From Candidatus Sysuimicrobiota bacterium (lineage in GTDB: Bacteria > Sysuimicrobiota > Sysuimicrobiia > Sysuimicrobiales > Sysuimicrobiaceae), in NCBI GenBank assembly GCA_040289515.1, contig PSLI01000001.1, forward strand, positions 1 through 64,000: a stretch of DNA of 64,000 nt, in the 5' to 3' direction. Below are positions 47,531 to 57,106 of this stretch, one piece after another; within the stretch, counting starts at the first letter, position 1, and each line of letters begins with the position of its first letter. Position numbers and translations under genes: made by a program. Below the pieces are notes generated by a model. It had not been told where the DNA came from and made no database searches. It was given only the letters and a program-made list of their open reading frames with translations.

Positions 47531-48360
47531 GCACCCCGCGGGTGGCCTTTCAGGGTGAGCGGGGCGCCTTCAGTGAGGAGGCGGCTCTGCAGCAATTCGG
47601 GCAGGTGGAGGTCCTGCCCCGGCGCACCCTGCGCGAGGTGTTCGAGACGATAGCGCGCGAAGAGGCGGACGCGGGCATTGTGCCGGTGGAGAACTCCGAG
47701 GCTGGCAGCATCAACGAGACGTACGACCTGCTGCTGCAGTTTCATCACGCTCTGCGCATCACGGGGGAGGTGACCCTGCGGGTCTCCCACTGCCTGCTGG
47801 GGATTCCGGGCACCACCCTAGACCGCGTGCGTCGCGTGTACTCCCACCCCCAGGCCCTGGCGCAGTGCGAGGCGTTCCTGCGGCAGCTGAAAGCGGAGGT
47901 GATCCCGTACTACGACACCGCGGGCTCCGCGCAGATGCTGGCCCGGAGCCCTGCCCCCGACGCCGCGGCTATCGCCAGCCGGCGCGCCGCGGAGCTGTAT
48001 GGGCTGGTGGTGCTGGCGGAGGAGATCCAGACCAACCCCCTGAACTACACGCGGTTTTTGTCCGTGGCCAAAAGCCCCGCGCCGCGCCGGGACCCCAGCA
48101 AGACCTCCGTGGTGTTCGCGACCGCCCACCGGCCCGGGGCCCTGTACCGCGCCCTGGGCGCTTTGGCCCAGGAGGGGCTGAACCTAACCAAGTTGGAGAG
48201 CCGGCCCGCACGCCAAGCGGTTTGGGAGTACGTGTTCTACGTGGACTTTGAGGGTCACGAGGAGGAGGCGCGTGTGCAGCGCGCCCTGGAAGCGCTCCGG
48301 GCGCAGTGCCTGTGGGTCATCCGGCTGGGCTCGTACCCCGCCGCGGGATTGCCCCCATGA
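47527..48360 (+). CDS. pheA: Prephenate dehydratase (monofunctional, ACT domain)
   Basis: FQGERGAFSE, PVENS..GSI, SHPQALAQC, NYTRF, NLTKLESRP, LGSY. Confidence 0.95.
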   Translation: MSTPRVAFQGERGAFSEEAALQQFGQVEVLPRRTLREVFETIAREEADAGIVPVENSEAGSINETYDLLLQFHHALRITGEVTLRVSHCLLGIPGTTLDRVRRVYSHPQALAQCEAFLRQLKAEVIPYYDTAGSAQMLARSPAPDAAAIASRRAAELYGLVVLAEEIQTNPLNYTRFLSVAKSPAPRRDPSKTSVVFATAHRPGALYRALGALAQEGLNLTKLESRPARQAVWEYVFYVDFEGHEEEARVQRALEALRAQCLWVIRLGSYPAAGLPP

Positions 48361-49421
48361 GGCCGTGGCCCGGAGTTCTGCAGGCGTTCGCCGACCGCCT
48401 GCCCGTGACGGACCGCACCCCGATGCTGTCCCTGCAGGAGGGCAACACCCCCCTGGTGCCCTCCGTGTCCATCGGACGCGAACTAGCGGAAGCGGAGCTG
48501 TACTTCAAATGGGAGGGCGCCAACCCCACGGGCTCCTTCAAGGACCGGGGCATGGTGGTGGCCGTGGCCAAAGCCGTGGAATCCGGCGCTTGCGCGGTGG
48601 TGTGCGCGTCCACAGGAAACACCGCGGCGTCTGCGGCGGCGTACGCGGCCCGGGCGGGGCTCCGCTGCCTGGTGGTACTGCCAGAGGGATCCGTGGCCAC
48701 GGGCAAGCTGGCTCAGGCCCGGGTGCACGGGGCGGTGGTGGCCAGCGTCCCGTGCTCCTTCGACCGGGCCCTGCAGCTGGTACGGGAGGCCAGCGAGCGG
48801 TTGTCGGTCGCCCTGGTCAACTCCGTAAACCCCTACCGCCTGGAGGGACAGAAAACCGCGGCCTTCGAGATCCTGGAGCAGCTGGGACGCCCGCCCAACG
48901 CGGTGGTGCTCCCGGTGGGCAATGCGGGCAACATCACCGCCTACTGGCGCGGGTTCTGCGAGGGGTTGGAGCCCGCTTCCCGGCCGCGCCTGTGGGGGGT
49001 ACAGGCCGCGGGCGCGGCGCCTCTGGTTTTGGGCAGCCCGGTGGACCACCCGCAAACCGTGGCCAGTGCCATCCGGATCGGCCGGCCCGCCTCGTGGGAG
49101 GGCGCGTTGCAGGCCGCTGCGGAGTCCGGGGGCCGAATCCTGGCGGTTACCGACGAGGAGATCCTGGAGGCGCAGGCGCGGCTGGCTCGGGAGGAAGGCT
49201 TGTTCGTGGAACCTGCCTCCGCGGCCTCGGTGGCAGGGTTGCTGCGTCTGGTTCGGGAGGGGGTGCAGATCCGCGGCACCGTGGTGGCCGTGCTAACCGG
49301 CCATGGGCTCAAGGACCCCACCAGCGCCGACCGCGCGCCGCCCCCGGTGCAGGTGGAGCCCACCGTGGAGGCCCTGGACGACCTGCTGGCAAGGCGTTCT
49401 CGGTCACCCGCGGGCCGGTAA
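48357..49421 (+). CDS. thrC: Threonine synthase (canonical short type)
   Basis: EGNTPL, NPTGSFKDRGM, CASTGNT, NSVNPYRLEGQKT, TVASAIRIG, TGHGLKDP. Next to hom and lysC. Confidence 0.95.
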   Translation: MRPWPGVLQAFADRLPVTDRTPMLSLQEGNTPLVPSVSIGRELAEAELYFKWEGANPTGSFKDRGMVVAVAKAVESGACAVVCASTGNTAASAAAYAARAGLRCLVVLPEGSVATGKLAQARVHGAVVASVPCSFDRALQLVREASERLSVALVNSVNPYRLEGQKTAAFEILEQLGRPPNAVVLPVGNAGNITAYWRGFCEGLEPASRPRLWGVQAAGAAPLVLGSPVDHPQTVASAIRIGRPASWEGALQAAAESGGRILAVTDEEILEAQARLAREEGLFVEPASAASVAGLLRLVREGVQIRGTVVAVLTGHGLKDPTSADRAPPPVQVEPTVEALDDLLARRSRSPAGR

Positions 49422-49432
49422 AATCAAGCGAG

Positions 49433-50707
49433 ATGCTGCGCGTGGGCCTATTAGGGCTGGGAACGGTCGGGAGCGCCGTGGTGCGCGGGCTGCAGCACAC
49501 CTCCGCGGAGCTGCAGCACCGGGCTGGGATGCCCATTGTTCTCCGCCGGGTGGCTGTGGCGCACCTTGACAAGCCCCGCCCCGTGACACTGGACAGGGAC
49601 CTCCTCACGGACGACGCCTGGGCGGTGGTGCGCGACCCTGAGGTGGACGTGGTGGTGGAGCTTATCGGGGGCCTGGAGCCGGCCCGCAGCTACGTGCACG
49701 AGGCGCTCCGCCTGGGCAAGTCCGTGGTCACCGCCAACAAGCAGCTTATGGCCGGCCGCGGCCGGGAGCTGCTGCAGGCCGCGGAGGCCTCCGAAGTGGA
49801 CCTGCTCTTCGAGGCCAGCGTGGCAGGGGGGATCCCCATCATCCGCACCCTCAAGGAGTCCCTGGCGGGCGACCGGGTGCGGGAGATCGCCGCCATCCTA
49901 AACGGCACGACCAACTACATCCTCACCCGCATGGAGGAGGAAGGGCTGTCGTTTGCGGAAGCCCTGAGCGAGGCGCAGCGGTTGGGCTTCGCGGAGAGCG
50001 ACCCGACGGAGGACATCGAGGGGCACGACGCCGCGGCGAAGCTGGCCATCCTGGCCAGCGTGGCCTTCAACAGCCGGGTGGTGCGCAGCGATGTGTCCTG
50101 CGAGGGGATCGCGCAGCTCACCCAGCGGGAGGTCACCTACGCCCGGCAGCTGGGGTTCACCCTGAAGCTGGTGGCCCACGCGCGGGACCTGGGGGAGGAG
50201 GTGGAGGTGGCGGTGTATCCGGCCCTGCTGCCCAGCTCCCACCCCCTGGCCTCCGTGCGGCGGGAGTTCAACGCGGTGTGGATGCGGGCGGAGTCCTCAG
50301 GGGAGCTGCTCCTATACGGCCGCGGGGCCGGGGGACAGCCCACCGCCTCCGCAGTGCTGTCGGACCTGGTGGCGGTGGCCCGGAACCGACGCCGCAATGC
50401 TCACGGCCGGGTGAGCTGCACCTGTTACCACCGCAAGGCGATCCGCAGAGCGGGCGACCGGGAGGTGAGCGCGTGCCTCGTGCTGCGGGTGGTGGACCGG
50501 CCCGGGGTGTTTGCGCAGGTGGCCTCGGCCTTCGCGGACGAACAGGTGAGCCTGCACTCCATCGTGCAGCAGAGCCGGGGACAGGAGGCGGACGTCCTCC
50601 TGCGTACCCACCCCGCTCCGGAGCGCGCCCTGCGGGCGGTTTTGCACAGGCTGTCGGGCATGCCCGTGGTGCGGGGCTGCAGCCCCCTGCTGCGGGTGAT
50701 TGAATGA
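49433..50707 (+). CDS. hom: Homoserine dehydrogenase (with ACT domain)
   Basis: GLGTVG, VVTANK, FEASVAGGIP, NGTTNYIL, GRGAGG.PTASAV. Confidence 0.96.
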   Translation: MLRVGLLGLGTVGSAVVRGLQHTSAELQHRAGMPIVLRRVAVAHLDKPRPVTLDRDLLTDDAWAVVRDPEVDVVVELIGGLEPARSYVHEALRLGKSVVTANKQLMAGRGRELLQAAEASEVDLLFEASVAGGIPIIRTLKESLAGDRVREIAAILNGTTNYILTRMEEEGLSFAEALSEAQRLGFAESDPTEDIEGHDAAAKLAILASVAFNSRVVRSDVSCEGIAQLTQREVTYARQLGFTLKLVAHARDLGEEVEVAVYPALLPSSHPLASVRREFNAVWMRAESSGELLLYGRGAGGQPTASAVLSDLVAVARNRRRNAHGRVSCTCYHRKAIRRAGDREVSACLVLRVVDRPGVFAQVASAFADEQVSLHSIVQQSRGQEADVLLRTHPAPERALRAVLHRLSGMPVVRGCSPLLRVIE

Positions 50708-50735
50708 CCCCAAGAAAGCGAGGACACGAGCGGCC

Positions 50736-51950
50736 ATGAGCCTCATTGTGCAGAAGTTCGGCGGCACCTCGGTGGCGACGCCGGAGCGGATGTTCCACGT
50801 GGCCCGCCGGGTGGCCCGCACGCGGCGGGCAGGCCACCAGGTGGTGGTGGTGGTCTCGGCCCCGGGGGACACGACCGACGAGCTCATCCAGCGCGCCCAC
50901 CAGATCACGGAGCGGCCCTCGCCGCGGGAGCTGGACATGCTCCTGGCGGTGGGCGAGCAGATGTCCGTGGCCTTGTTGGCCATGGCCCTGCAGGAGGAGG
51001 GGGAGCGGGCCACCGCACTGACGGGCTGGCAGGTGCGCATCCTCACCGAACCCGTGCACACCAAGGCCCGCATCCTGGAGGTGGAACGGGGCCGGCTGCT
51101 GGACGAGCTGGCGCGCGGCCGCATCCCGGTGGTGGCGGGGTTCCAAGGGGTGACGGCCTTCGGGGAAGTCACCACGCTTGGGCGGGGCGGGTCCGACACC
51201 ACCGCGGTGGCGGTGGCTGCGGCCCTGGAAGCGGACGTGTGTGAAATCTACACCGACGTGCCGGGGGTGTTCACCGCGGACCCTCGCCTGGTGCCCACGG
51301 CCCGGAAGCTGCCGTACCTCACGTACGACGAGATGCTGGAGATGGCGTCCTCGGGGGCGGTGGTGGTGCAGACCCGGGCCGCGGAGTACGCCAAGCTGCA
51401 CCGGGTGCGGCTGCACGTGCGGAGCACCTTCGAGGAGGAGGAGGGAACCCTGATCGGGGAGGAGCCCATGGAGCCGGTGCGGTCCGTGAACGCGGTGACG
51501 CACGACGTGGACGTGTGCAAGATCACGGTGCAGGACCTGCCCGACGTGCCGGGCGTGGCCCACCGGCTGTTCGGGGTGCTGGCGGAGGCCCACGTGAACG
51601 TGGACATGATCGTGCAGACCGCCAGCCGGGGCGGGCGGGCGGACATCTCCTTCACCGTGAGCCGCGCAGACGCCCGGGCAGCCCTGGAGGGTGCGGAACG
51701 GGTGGCCCGGGAGCTGGGGGCTGGGAAGGTGGAAAGCGAGGAGGGAGTGGCCAAGGTGTCCGTAGTCGGGGCGGGGATGGTGAGCAACCCCGGGGTGGCC
51801 GCCACCATGTTCGGCGCTTTGGCCGCGGAGCAGATCAACATCCAGATGATCAGCACCTCCGAGATCAAGATCTCCTGCGTCATCGACGCCGCCTCCGTGC
51901 CCCGGGCGGTGCGGGCCCTGCACCGGGCCTTCAACCTCGAGGAGGACTGA
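50736..51950 (+). CDS. lysC: Aspartate kinase (alpha subunit)
   Basis: VQKFGGTS, TTLGRGGSDTTA, YTDVPG, two ACT domains, ISTSEIKIS. Confidence 0.96.
   Translation: MSLIVQKFGGTSVATPERMFHVARRVARTRRAGHQVVVVVSAPGDTTDELIQRAHQITERPSPRELDMLLAVGEQMSVALLAMALQEEGERATALTGWQVRILTEPVHTKARILEVERGRLLDELARGRIPVVAGFQGVTAFGEVTTLGRGGSDTTAVAVAAALEADVCEIYTDVPGVFTADPRLVPTARKLPYLTYDEMLEMASSGAVVVQTRAAEYAKLHRVRLHVRSTFEEEEGTLIGEEPMEPVRSVNAVTHDVDVCKITVQDLPDVPGVAHRLFGVLAEAHVNVDMIVQTASRGGRADISFTVSRADARAALEGAERVARELGAGKVESEEGVAKVSVVGAGMVSNPGVAATMFGALAAEQINIQMISTSEIKISCVIDAASVPRAVRALHRAFNLEED
51468..51950 (+). CDS. Putative nested aspartate kinase beta subunit (in-frame internal start)
   Basis: GGGGAGGAG SD directly before an in-frame ATG (EEP-MEPV) at the kinase/ACT boundary. 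Confidence 0.65.
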   Translation: MEPVRSVNAVTHDVDVCKITVQDLPDVPGVAHRLFGVLAEAHVNVDMIVQTASRGGRADISFTVSRADARAALEGAERVARELGAGKVESEEGVAKVSVVGAGMVSNPGVAATMFGALAAEQINIQMISTSEIKISCVIDAASVPRAVRALHRAFNLEED

Positions 51951-52060
51951 AACCCGAACGCTTCTCGCAAACTGTCTTGGACGGCTGCCAACTTCCCGGT
52001 AGCATAGGGCCGGCGGCCGGCACGTACCGGACGGCCCGTTCGTCATTTCCGAACTGGAGG
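51950..52060 (+). promoter_or_regulatory. Promoter with PurBox-like sites upstream of purine permease
   Basis: AAACCCGAACGCTT (51950-51963), TTGGAC-17-TAGCAT (51977-52005), GTTCG (52038) and ATTTCCGAAC (52045-52054) next to the SD. Confidence 0.6.
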
Positions 52061-52068
52061 TGGTGGCG

Positions 52069-53469
52069 TTGGCGCATGCGCGCGCCCTCCCGGTGGAGGC
52101 AGGCTGGCTGGAGCGCACCTTTCAGCTGCGGGAGCGTAACACCACGGTGGGCACCGAGGTGCGGGCGGGGCTGACCACCTTCATGGTCATGGCCTACATC
52201 ATTTTTGTGAACCCCAGCATCCTAGGCCAGGTGGCAGACCCCACGGGGGCCAAGATGCCCTTCCCGGCTGCGCTCACGGTCACGTGCCTGACTGCGGGCG
52301 TGCTCAGCATCCTCATGGGCCTTGCGTCTAACTACCCCTTTGCCCTGGCGCCGGGCATGGGGCTGAACGCGGTGGTGACCTTCCAGCTGGTGGGAGCCCT
52401 GAAGTTGACCTGGCCGCAGGCCATGTCCGTGATCCTGCTGGAAGGCCTGGTGATCCTGGTCCTGGTGCTCACCCGGTTCCGGGAGGCGGTCATGGATGCC
52501 ATCCCCATGTCCCTGAAGCGGGCCATCGGGGTGGGCATCGGCCTGTTCATCGCCCTGATCGGGTTCGTGAACGGCGGCTTCGTCTCCAAGGGCGAGGCCA
52601 CCGCTCTGACCCTAGGCCGGCTGCACGCCCTGCCCATGGCGGTGTTCGTGCTGGGGTTTTTGATCACGGGCTACCTGCTGGCTCGGCGGGTGCGGGGGGC
52701 TCTGCTGTCCGGCATCCTGCTGACCACGGCCGTGGCGGTGGTGGCCAACGCCCTGTGGGGTGGTGGCCGGGCCTTCGGTCCATCCGCGGTGCTGCCGGAG
52801 CGCTGGGTAGCGGCTCCCGCGGGCCTGTGGGGCCCGGACCGCGTGTTCGGCCGCGTGGACTTCGGCTTTTTCACCACCTTGGGGGTGGCCACGGCAGTTC
52901 TGGTCACCTTCTCCATCATGCTGGCGGACTTCTTCGACACCATGGGCACTGTGGTGGGCATCGCGGGAGAGGCGGGCTTCCTAGACCCGCAGGGCCGGCT
53001 GCCGCGGATCCGGCAGGTCCTGCTGGTGGACTCCCTGGGCGCTGCCCTGGGCGGGTTTGCCAACAGCAGCAGCAACACCACCTACATCGAAAGCGCCGCG
53101 GGGGTGGCGGAGGGCGGCCGCACGGGCGTGGTGTCCGTGGTGGTGGGCGTGCTGTTTTTGCTGGCCATGTTCTTGAACCCTATCGCGGGGATGGTGCCCA
53201 AGGAGGCCACGGCCCCCGCCCTGATCCTGGTGGGGTTCTTCATGATGACGGTGGCCAAGGACATCCCTTGGACGGACTACGAGGAGGCCATTCCCGCCTT
53301 CGTGACCATGCTGGTGATGCCCTTCACCTGGAACATCACCAACGGGATCGGGGCGGGGTTCATCACGTACACCGCTTTGAAACTTCTGGGCGGCAAAGCG
53401 CGCGAGGTGCGGCCCCTCATGTGGTTAGCGTCGGCCGCCTTCGTGGTGTACTTCCTGTTCCCCGCGTAG
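52069..53469 (+). CDS. NCS2/AzgA-type purine (adenine/guanine/hypoxanthine) permease
   Basis: AGLTTFMVMAYIIFVNP, APGMGLNA, DFFDTMGT, TTYIESAAGVAEGGRTG. TTG start after GGAGG. Confidence 0.94.
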   Translation: MAHARALPVEAGWLERTFQLRERNTTVGTEVRAGLTTFMVMAYIIFVNPSILGQVADPTGAKMPFPAALTVTCLTAGVLSILMGLASNYPFALAPGMGLNAVVTFQLVGALKLTWPQAMSVILLEGLVILVLVLTRFREAVMDAIPMSLKRAIGVGIGLFIALIGFVNGGFVSKGEATALTLGRLHALPMAVFVLGFLITGYLLARRVRGALLSGILLTTAVAVVANALWGGGRAFGPSAVLPERWVAAPAGLWGPDRVFGRVDFGFFTTLGVATAVLVTFSIMLADFFDTMGTVVGIAGEAGFLDPQGRLPRIRQVLLVDSLGAALGGFANSSSNTTYIESAAGVAEGGRTGVVSVVVGVLFLLAMFLNPIAGMVPKEATAPALILVGFFMMTVAKDIPWTDYEEAIPAFVTMLVMPFTWNITNGIGAGFITYTALKLLGGKAREVRPLMWLASAAFVVYFLFPA

Positions 53470-53473
53470 CGGT

Positions 53474-54265
53474 TTGCGCGTTGGTCTGGTAAGCCTGCTC
53501 ACGGACTTCGGGCCCCACGGCCGCTACGTGGCGGAGGTCCGGGCGGTGCTGCTAGCACCAGCTCCCGGCGCGCGCGTGGAGGTGGTAGACATCAGCCACG
53601 CGGTACGCCCGCACCACGTGCGGGAGGCCGCGTACCTGCTGCGTTCCGCGGTGCGCAGCTTCCCGCCGGGAACGGTACACGTGGCCGTGGTGGACCCCAC
53701 CGTGGGCACCGCGCGCCGGGCCGTGGTGGTAAGCTCCGGAGGCCACCTCCTGGTGGGGCCCGACAACGGCCTCCTGCTGCCCGCCGCCAGGTCTCTGGGC
53801 TCGCCCCAGGTGCGGGAGCTCGTGCACCCCGACCTGCGCAGACCGTGCGTGTACCCCACCTTCTGGGGACGGGACGTGTTTGCCCCGGCCGCCCGCTGGC
53901 TGGCCCTGGGCTTCCCCTTTGAGGAGGTGGGGCCAGAGGTCCGCGACCCTGTGGTGCTGGAGGAACGCGCCCCCCAGCGAGCGCCGGGACTACTGGTGGG
54001 AGAGGTGGTGACCTGCGACGCCTTCGGCAACCTCGGCACCAACATCCCCGGCAGCTGGCTGGACTCCCTGCCGGAGGCCGTCTGGGTCCGGCTGGAAAAT
54101 CGAGCTGAGCCCGCCCGGCGGGTGCGCACCTACGCAGATGCGGCTCCCGGCACTTTGGTGGTGCTGGTGGGTAGCGACGGGCTCGTGGAGGTGGCAGTAC
54201 GGGAGGGCAACGCCGCCTCCCGGCTTGGCGGGAGGCCGGGGGACCCCGTGGAGCTTCGAGCCTGA
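53474..54265 (+). CDS. SAM hydroxide adenosyltransferase/chlorinase-fluorinase family (DUF62) protein
   Basis: LLTDFG, DISH, VAVVDPTVGTARR, GPDNG, TFWGRDVFAP, DAFGNL, VEVAVREGNA. Confidence 0.92.
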   Translation: MRVGLVSLLTDFGPHGRYVAEVRAVLLAPAPGARVEVVDISHAVRPHHVREAAYLLRSAVRSFPPGTVHVAVVDPTVGTARRAVVVSSGGHLLVGPDNGLLLPAARSLGSPQVRELVHPDLRRPCVYPTFWGRDVFAPAARWLALGFPFEEVGPEVRDPVVLEERAPQRAPGLLVGEVVTCDAFGNLGTNIPGSWLDSLPEAVWVRLENRAEPARRVRTYADAAPGTLVVLVGSDGLVEVAVREGNAASRLGGRPGDPVELRA

Positions 54266-54327
54266 CTCCGGGGCTAGATGGGGCGTTACAATGACCGGAA
54301 AGAGTTTTCCTGCGGGGAGGCGTCGAC

Positions 54328-55659
54328 ATGTGCGGCGTGTCGTGGAGGCAGGCGGCGGTTGTGGCGTGTCTAGCGGCCGCGCTGGTGGGCGCGTGGGTAC
54401 TGCCCCTGCAGGCGGCGGATGCGTCGTTGGTGTTCCGGGTGGTGGAGCTCCTGCGGGACGAGCACGTATCCCGTCCGGACCCCGTGCAGCTGTACCGCGC
54501 GGCCATAGGCGGGCTGCGGGAGACGCTGCAGCGCGCGGGCATATCCGCGCCCCTTCCGGACGTGTTCGCCCGGGACGAGCAACACGCCCGGGAGCAGTTT
54601 CAGCTCCGGTTCGACCAGGCCTTGCGGCTTGGTGCGGGCCGCTTGGGAGAGCGGGAGCTTCAGTTCGCGGCCGCGCGGGCCGCGGCGGCCAGCCTGCGGG
54701 ACTCCCACACCAGCTTCATCACCCCGGAGCGGCTGGCGGAGCTGCGACGCCAGCAGCAGAACGAGGCGGCCTTCACGGGCATCGGCATCCTCCTGCTGGC
54801 CAAGGAGGGCAGATTCTACGCGCGCCTGGTGTTCCCCGGCGGGCCCGCACAGCGCGCTGGGCTTCGGCCCTTCGACCGCATCCTGGCCATCGACGGGGTG
54901 AGCACGGAGGGGATGACCACCGACCAGGTATCCAGCCGCATCCGCGGGCCCCAGGGGACCCAGGTCAGCCTCACCATCCAGCGCCCGGGCCAGTCCGCCC
55001 CCGTGGTGGTCACCACGGTGCGGGAGCCCATCGTGGTGCCCTCCGTGGAGTGGGCCTTGTTGGAGGGGGACGTGGGGTACGTGCGCTTCGGGCAGTTCAA
55101 CCAGGGCTCCAGCGCCCGTCTGGCCCGGGCGGTAGCGGAGCTTCAGCAGCAGGGTGTGCGGGGCCTGGTGTTGGATCTGCGGGGTAACCGGGGGGGGCTC
55201 GTGTCCGAGCTGAACCGGGTGGCGGAGCTGTTTTTGCCGCCGGGCGCGCTAGTGTATACCCTGGAGAGCCGGGAGGAAGGCCGCGGCAGCTACGTGACGC
55301 GCTCCGGCCCTCTTCTGGCCTCCTCAGTGCCCATGGTGGTGCTGGTGGACGACGACACCGCCAGCGCGGCGGAGCTTTTGAGTGCTGCGCTGCGCGACCA
55401 CGGTCGGGCACCCCTTGTGGGCGTTCGCACCGCGGGTGCGGTCCTGTTGAGCGTGACGTTTCCCCTGCCCGGGGGCGCAGGCCTGAGCGTGGCCATCGCC
55501 CGCATGCGAACCCCTCGCGGGGAGGAATTGGAAGGGCGCGGCCTGGTCCCAGACGTGCAGGTGGATCTCACCACCGCGGACCTGGAAGCTGGGTTCGATA
55601 GCCAGCTGGTGCGCGGCCGGGAGGTACTGGGCCGCAGCGCGGCCACCTGGGCCCGCTGA
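54328..55659 (+). CDS. S41 family peptidase with PDZ domain
   Basis: Signal peptide, [29 protein letters not shown]. Confidence 0.9.
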   Translation: MCGVSWRQAAVVACLAAALVGAWVLPLQAADASLVFRVVELLRDEHVSRPDPVQLYRAAIGGLRETLQRAGISAPLPDVFARDEQHAREQFQLRFDQALRLGAGRLGERELQFAAARAAAASLRDSHTSFITPERLAELRRQQQNEAAFTGIGILLLAKEGRFYARLVFPGGPAQRAGLRPFDRILAIDGVSTEGMTTDQVSSRIRGPQGTQVSLTIQRPGQSAPVVVTTVREPIVVPSVEWALLEGDVGYVRFGQFNQGSSARLARAVAELQQQGVRGLVLDLRGNRGGLVSELNRVAELFLPPGALVYTLESREEGRGSYVTRSGPLLASSVPMVVLVDDDTASAAELLSAALRDHGRAPLVGVRTAGAVLLSVTFPLPGGAGLSVAIARMRTPRGEELEGRGLVPDVQVDLTTADLEAGFDSQLVRGREVLGRSAATWAR

Positions 55660-55738
55660 GCTTTCCCCGGGTCGTGGCGGCAGGGACCGGCTCGGGTGGT
55701 GTGGAAGTCACCGCCTCAAAGCCAGTCAGGAGGGGACC

Positions 55739-57103
55739 ATGAAGGACCTCACAAAGGTGGTACTGCCGGAAACCGAGCTGCCCAAGGCCTGGTACAACAT
55801 CCTGGCGGACCTGCCGACCCCTCCCCCACCCCCCCTCCATCCGGGGACCAAGCAGCCCGTGAGCCCCGGGGACCTTGAACCCCTGTTTCCCCGGGAGATC
55901 ATCCTGCAGGAGGTCGCTACGGAGCGGTGGATCGACATCCCCGAGCCCGTGCGGGAGGTGTACCGCCTGTGGAGGCCCACGCCCCTCATCCGGGCACGCC
56001 GGCTGGAGGCGGCGTTGCAAACCCCCGCCCGCATCTACTACAAGTACGAGGGTGTAAGCCCCGCGGGCAGCCACAAGCCCAACACCGCGGTGGCGCAAGC
56101 CTTCTACAACTGGCAGGCGGGCGTGCGGCGCCTCACCACGGAGACCGGGGCGGGACAGTGGGGGTCGGCCCTGGCCATGGCCTGCCGCATGTTCGGACTG
56201 GACTGCACCGTGTACATGGTGCGGGTCAGCTACCAGCAGAAGCCCTACCGCCGCATCCTGATGGAAACGTGGGGGGCGGAGGTGGTGCCCAGCCCCAGCG
56301 ACCGCACCCAGGCGGGACGGACCATCCGCCAGCAGCATCCGGACTCCCCCGGCAGCTTGGGCATCGCCATCAGCGAGGCGGTGGAGGACGCGGCCACCCA
56401 CGAGGACACCAAGTACTCCCTGGGCAGCGTGCTGAACCACGTCCTTTTGCACCAGACGGTCCTCGGCCTGGAGGCCAAGCGGCAGATGGAGGTGTTCGAC
56501 GACTACCCGGACGTGGTCATCGGGTGCATCGGTGGCGGGAGCAACTTCGCGGGGCTGGCGTTCCCCTTTCTGCAGGATAAGCTGCGGGGCCGGAACCTAC
56601 GGGTGGTGGCCGTGGAGCCCACCGCCTGCCCCACCCTCACCAAGGGGCGCTATCTGTACGACTTCGGGGACACCGCGCGCACGACCCCGCTCCTTAAGAT
56701 GTACACCCTGGGGCACACCTTCATCCCGCCGGGCATCCACGCGGGTGGCCTCCGCTACCACGGGGACGCGCCCACCGTGTGCCTGCTGGTGCACCAGGGC
56801 TACATCGAGGCGGTGGCGTACCCGCAGAATGCCGTGTTCGAGGCCGCGGTGACCTTTGCCCGCACGGAGGGCATCCCCCCGGCCCCGGAGAGCGCCCACG
56901 CGGTGCGGCGCGCCATCGACGAGGCCATCGCGTGCCGGGAGTCGGGGGAGTCGCGGGCCATCCTGTTCAACCTGTCGGGTCACGGGCACTTCGACCTGGC
57001 GGCGTACGAGGAGTACCTGAGCGGGAGGTTGCCGGACTTCGAGTACCCGGAGGAGGAGGTTCGCAGGGCCCTGGAGGGGCTGGGGGCGCTGCAGCCCGCC
57101 TGA
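55739..57103 (+). CDS. trpB2: Tryptophan synthase beta chain, type 2 (stand-alone)
   Basis: [47 protein letters not shown]. Confidence 0.95.
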   Translation: MKDLTKVVLPETELPKAWYNILADLPTPPPPPLHPGTKQPVSPGDLEPLFPREIILQEVATERWIDIPEPVREVYRLWRPTPLIRARRLEAALQTPARIYYKYEGVSPAGSHKPNTAVAQAFYNWQAGVRRLTTETGAGQWGSALAMACRMFGLDCTVYMVRVSYQQKPYRRILMETWGAEVVPSPSDRTQAGRTIRQQHPDSPGSLGIAISEAVEDAATHEDTKYSLGSVLNHVLLHQTVLGLEAKRQMEVFDDYPDVVIGCIGGGSNFAGLAFPFLQDKLRGRNLRVVAVEPTACPTLTKGRYLYDFGDTARTTPLLKMYTLGHTFIPPGIHAGGLRYHGDAPTVCLLVHQGYIEAVAYPQNAVFEAAVTFARTEGIPPAPESAHAVRRAIDEAIACRESGESRAILFNLSGHGHFDLAAYEEYLSGRLPDFEYPEEEVRRALEGLGALQPA

Positions 57104-57106
57104 GGA

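Noticed and set aside
51951..52068. Purine riboswitch upstream of the NCS2 permease
   Set aside because: No TATAA...ATATGG...GTTTCTACC...CCGTAAA core. PurBox-like sites explain the region better.
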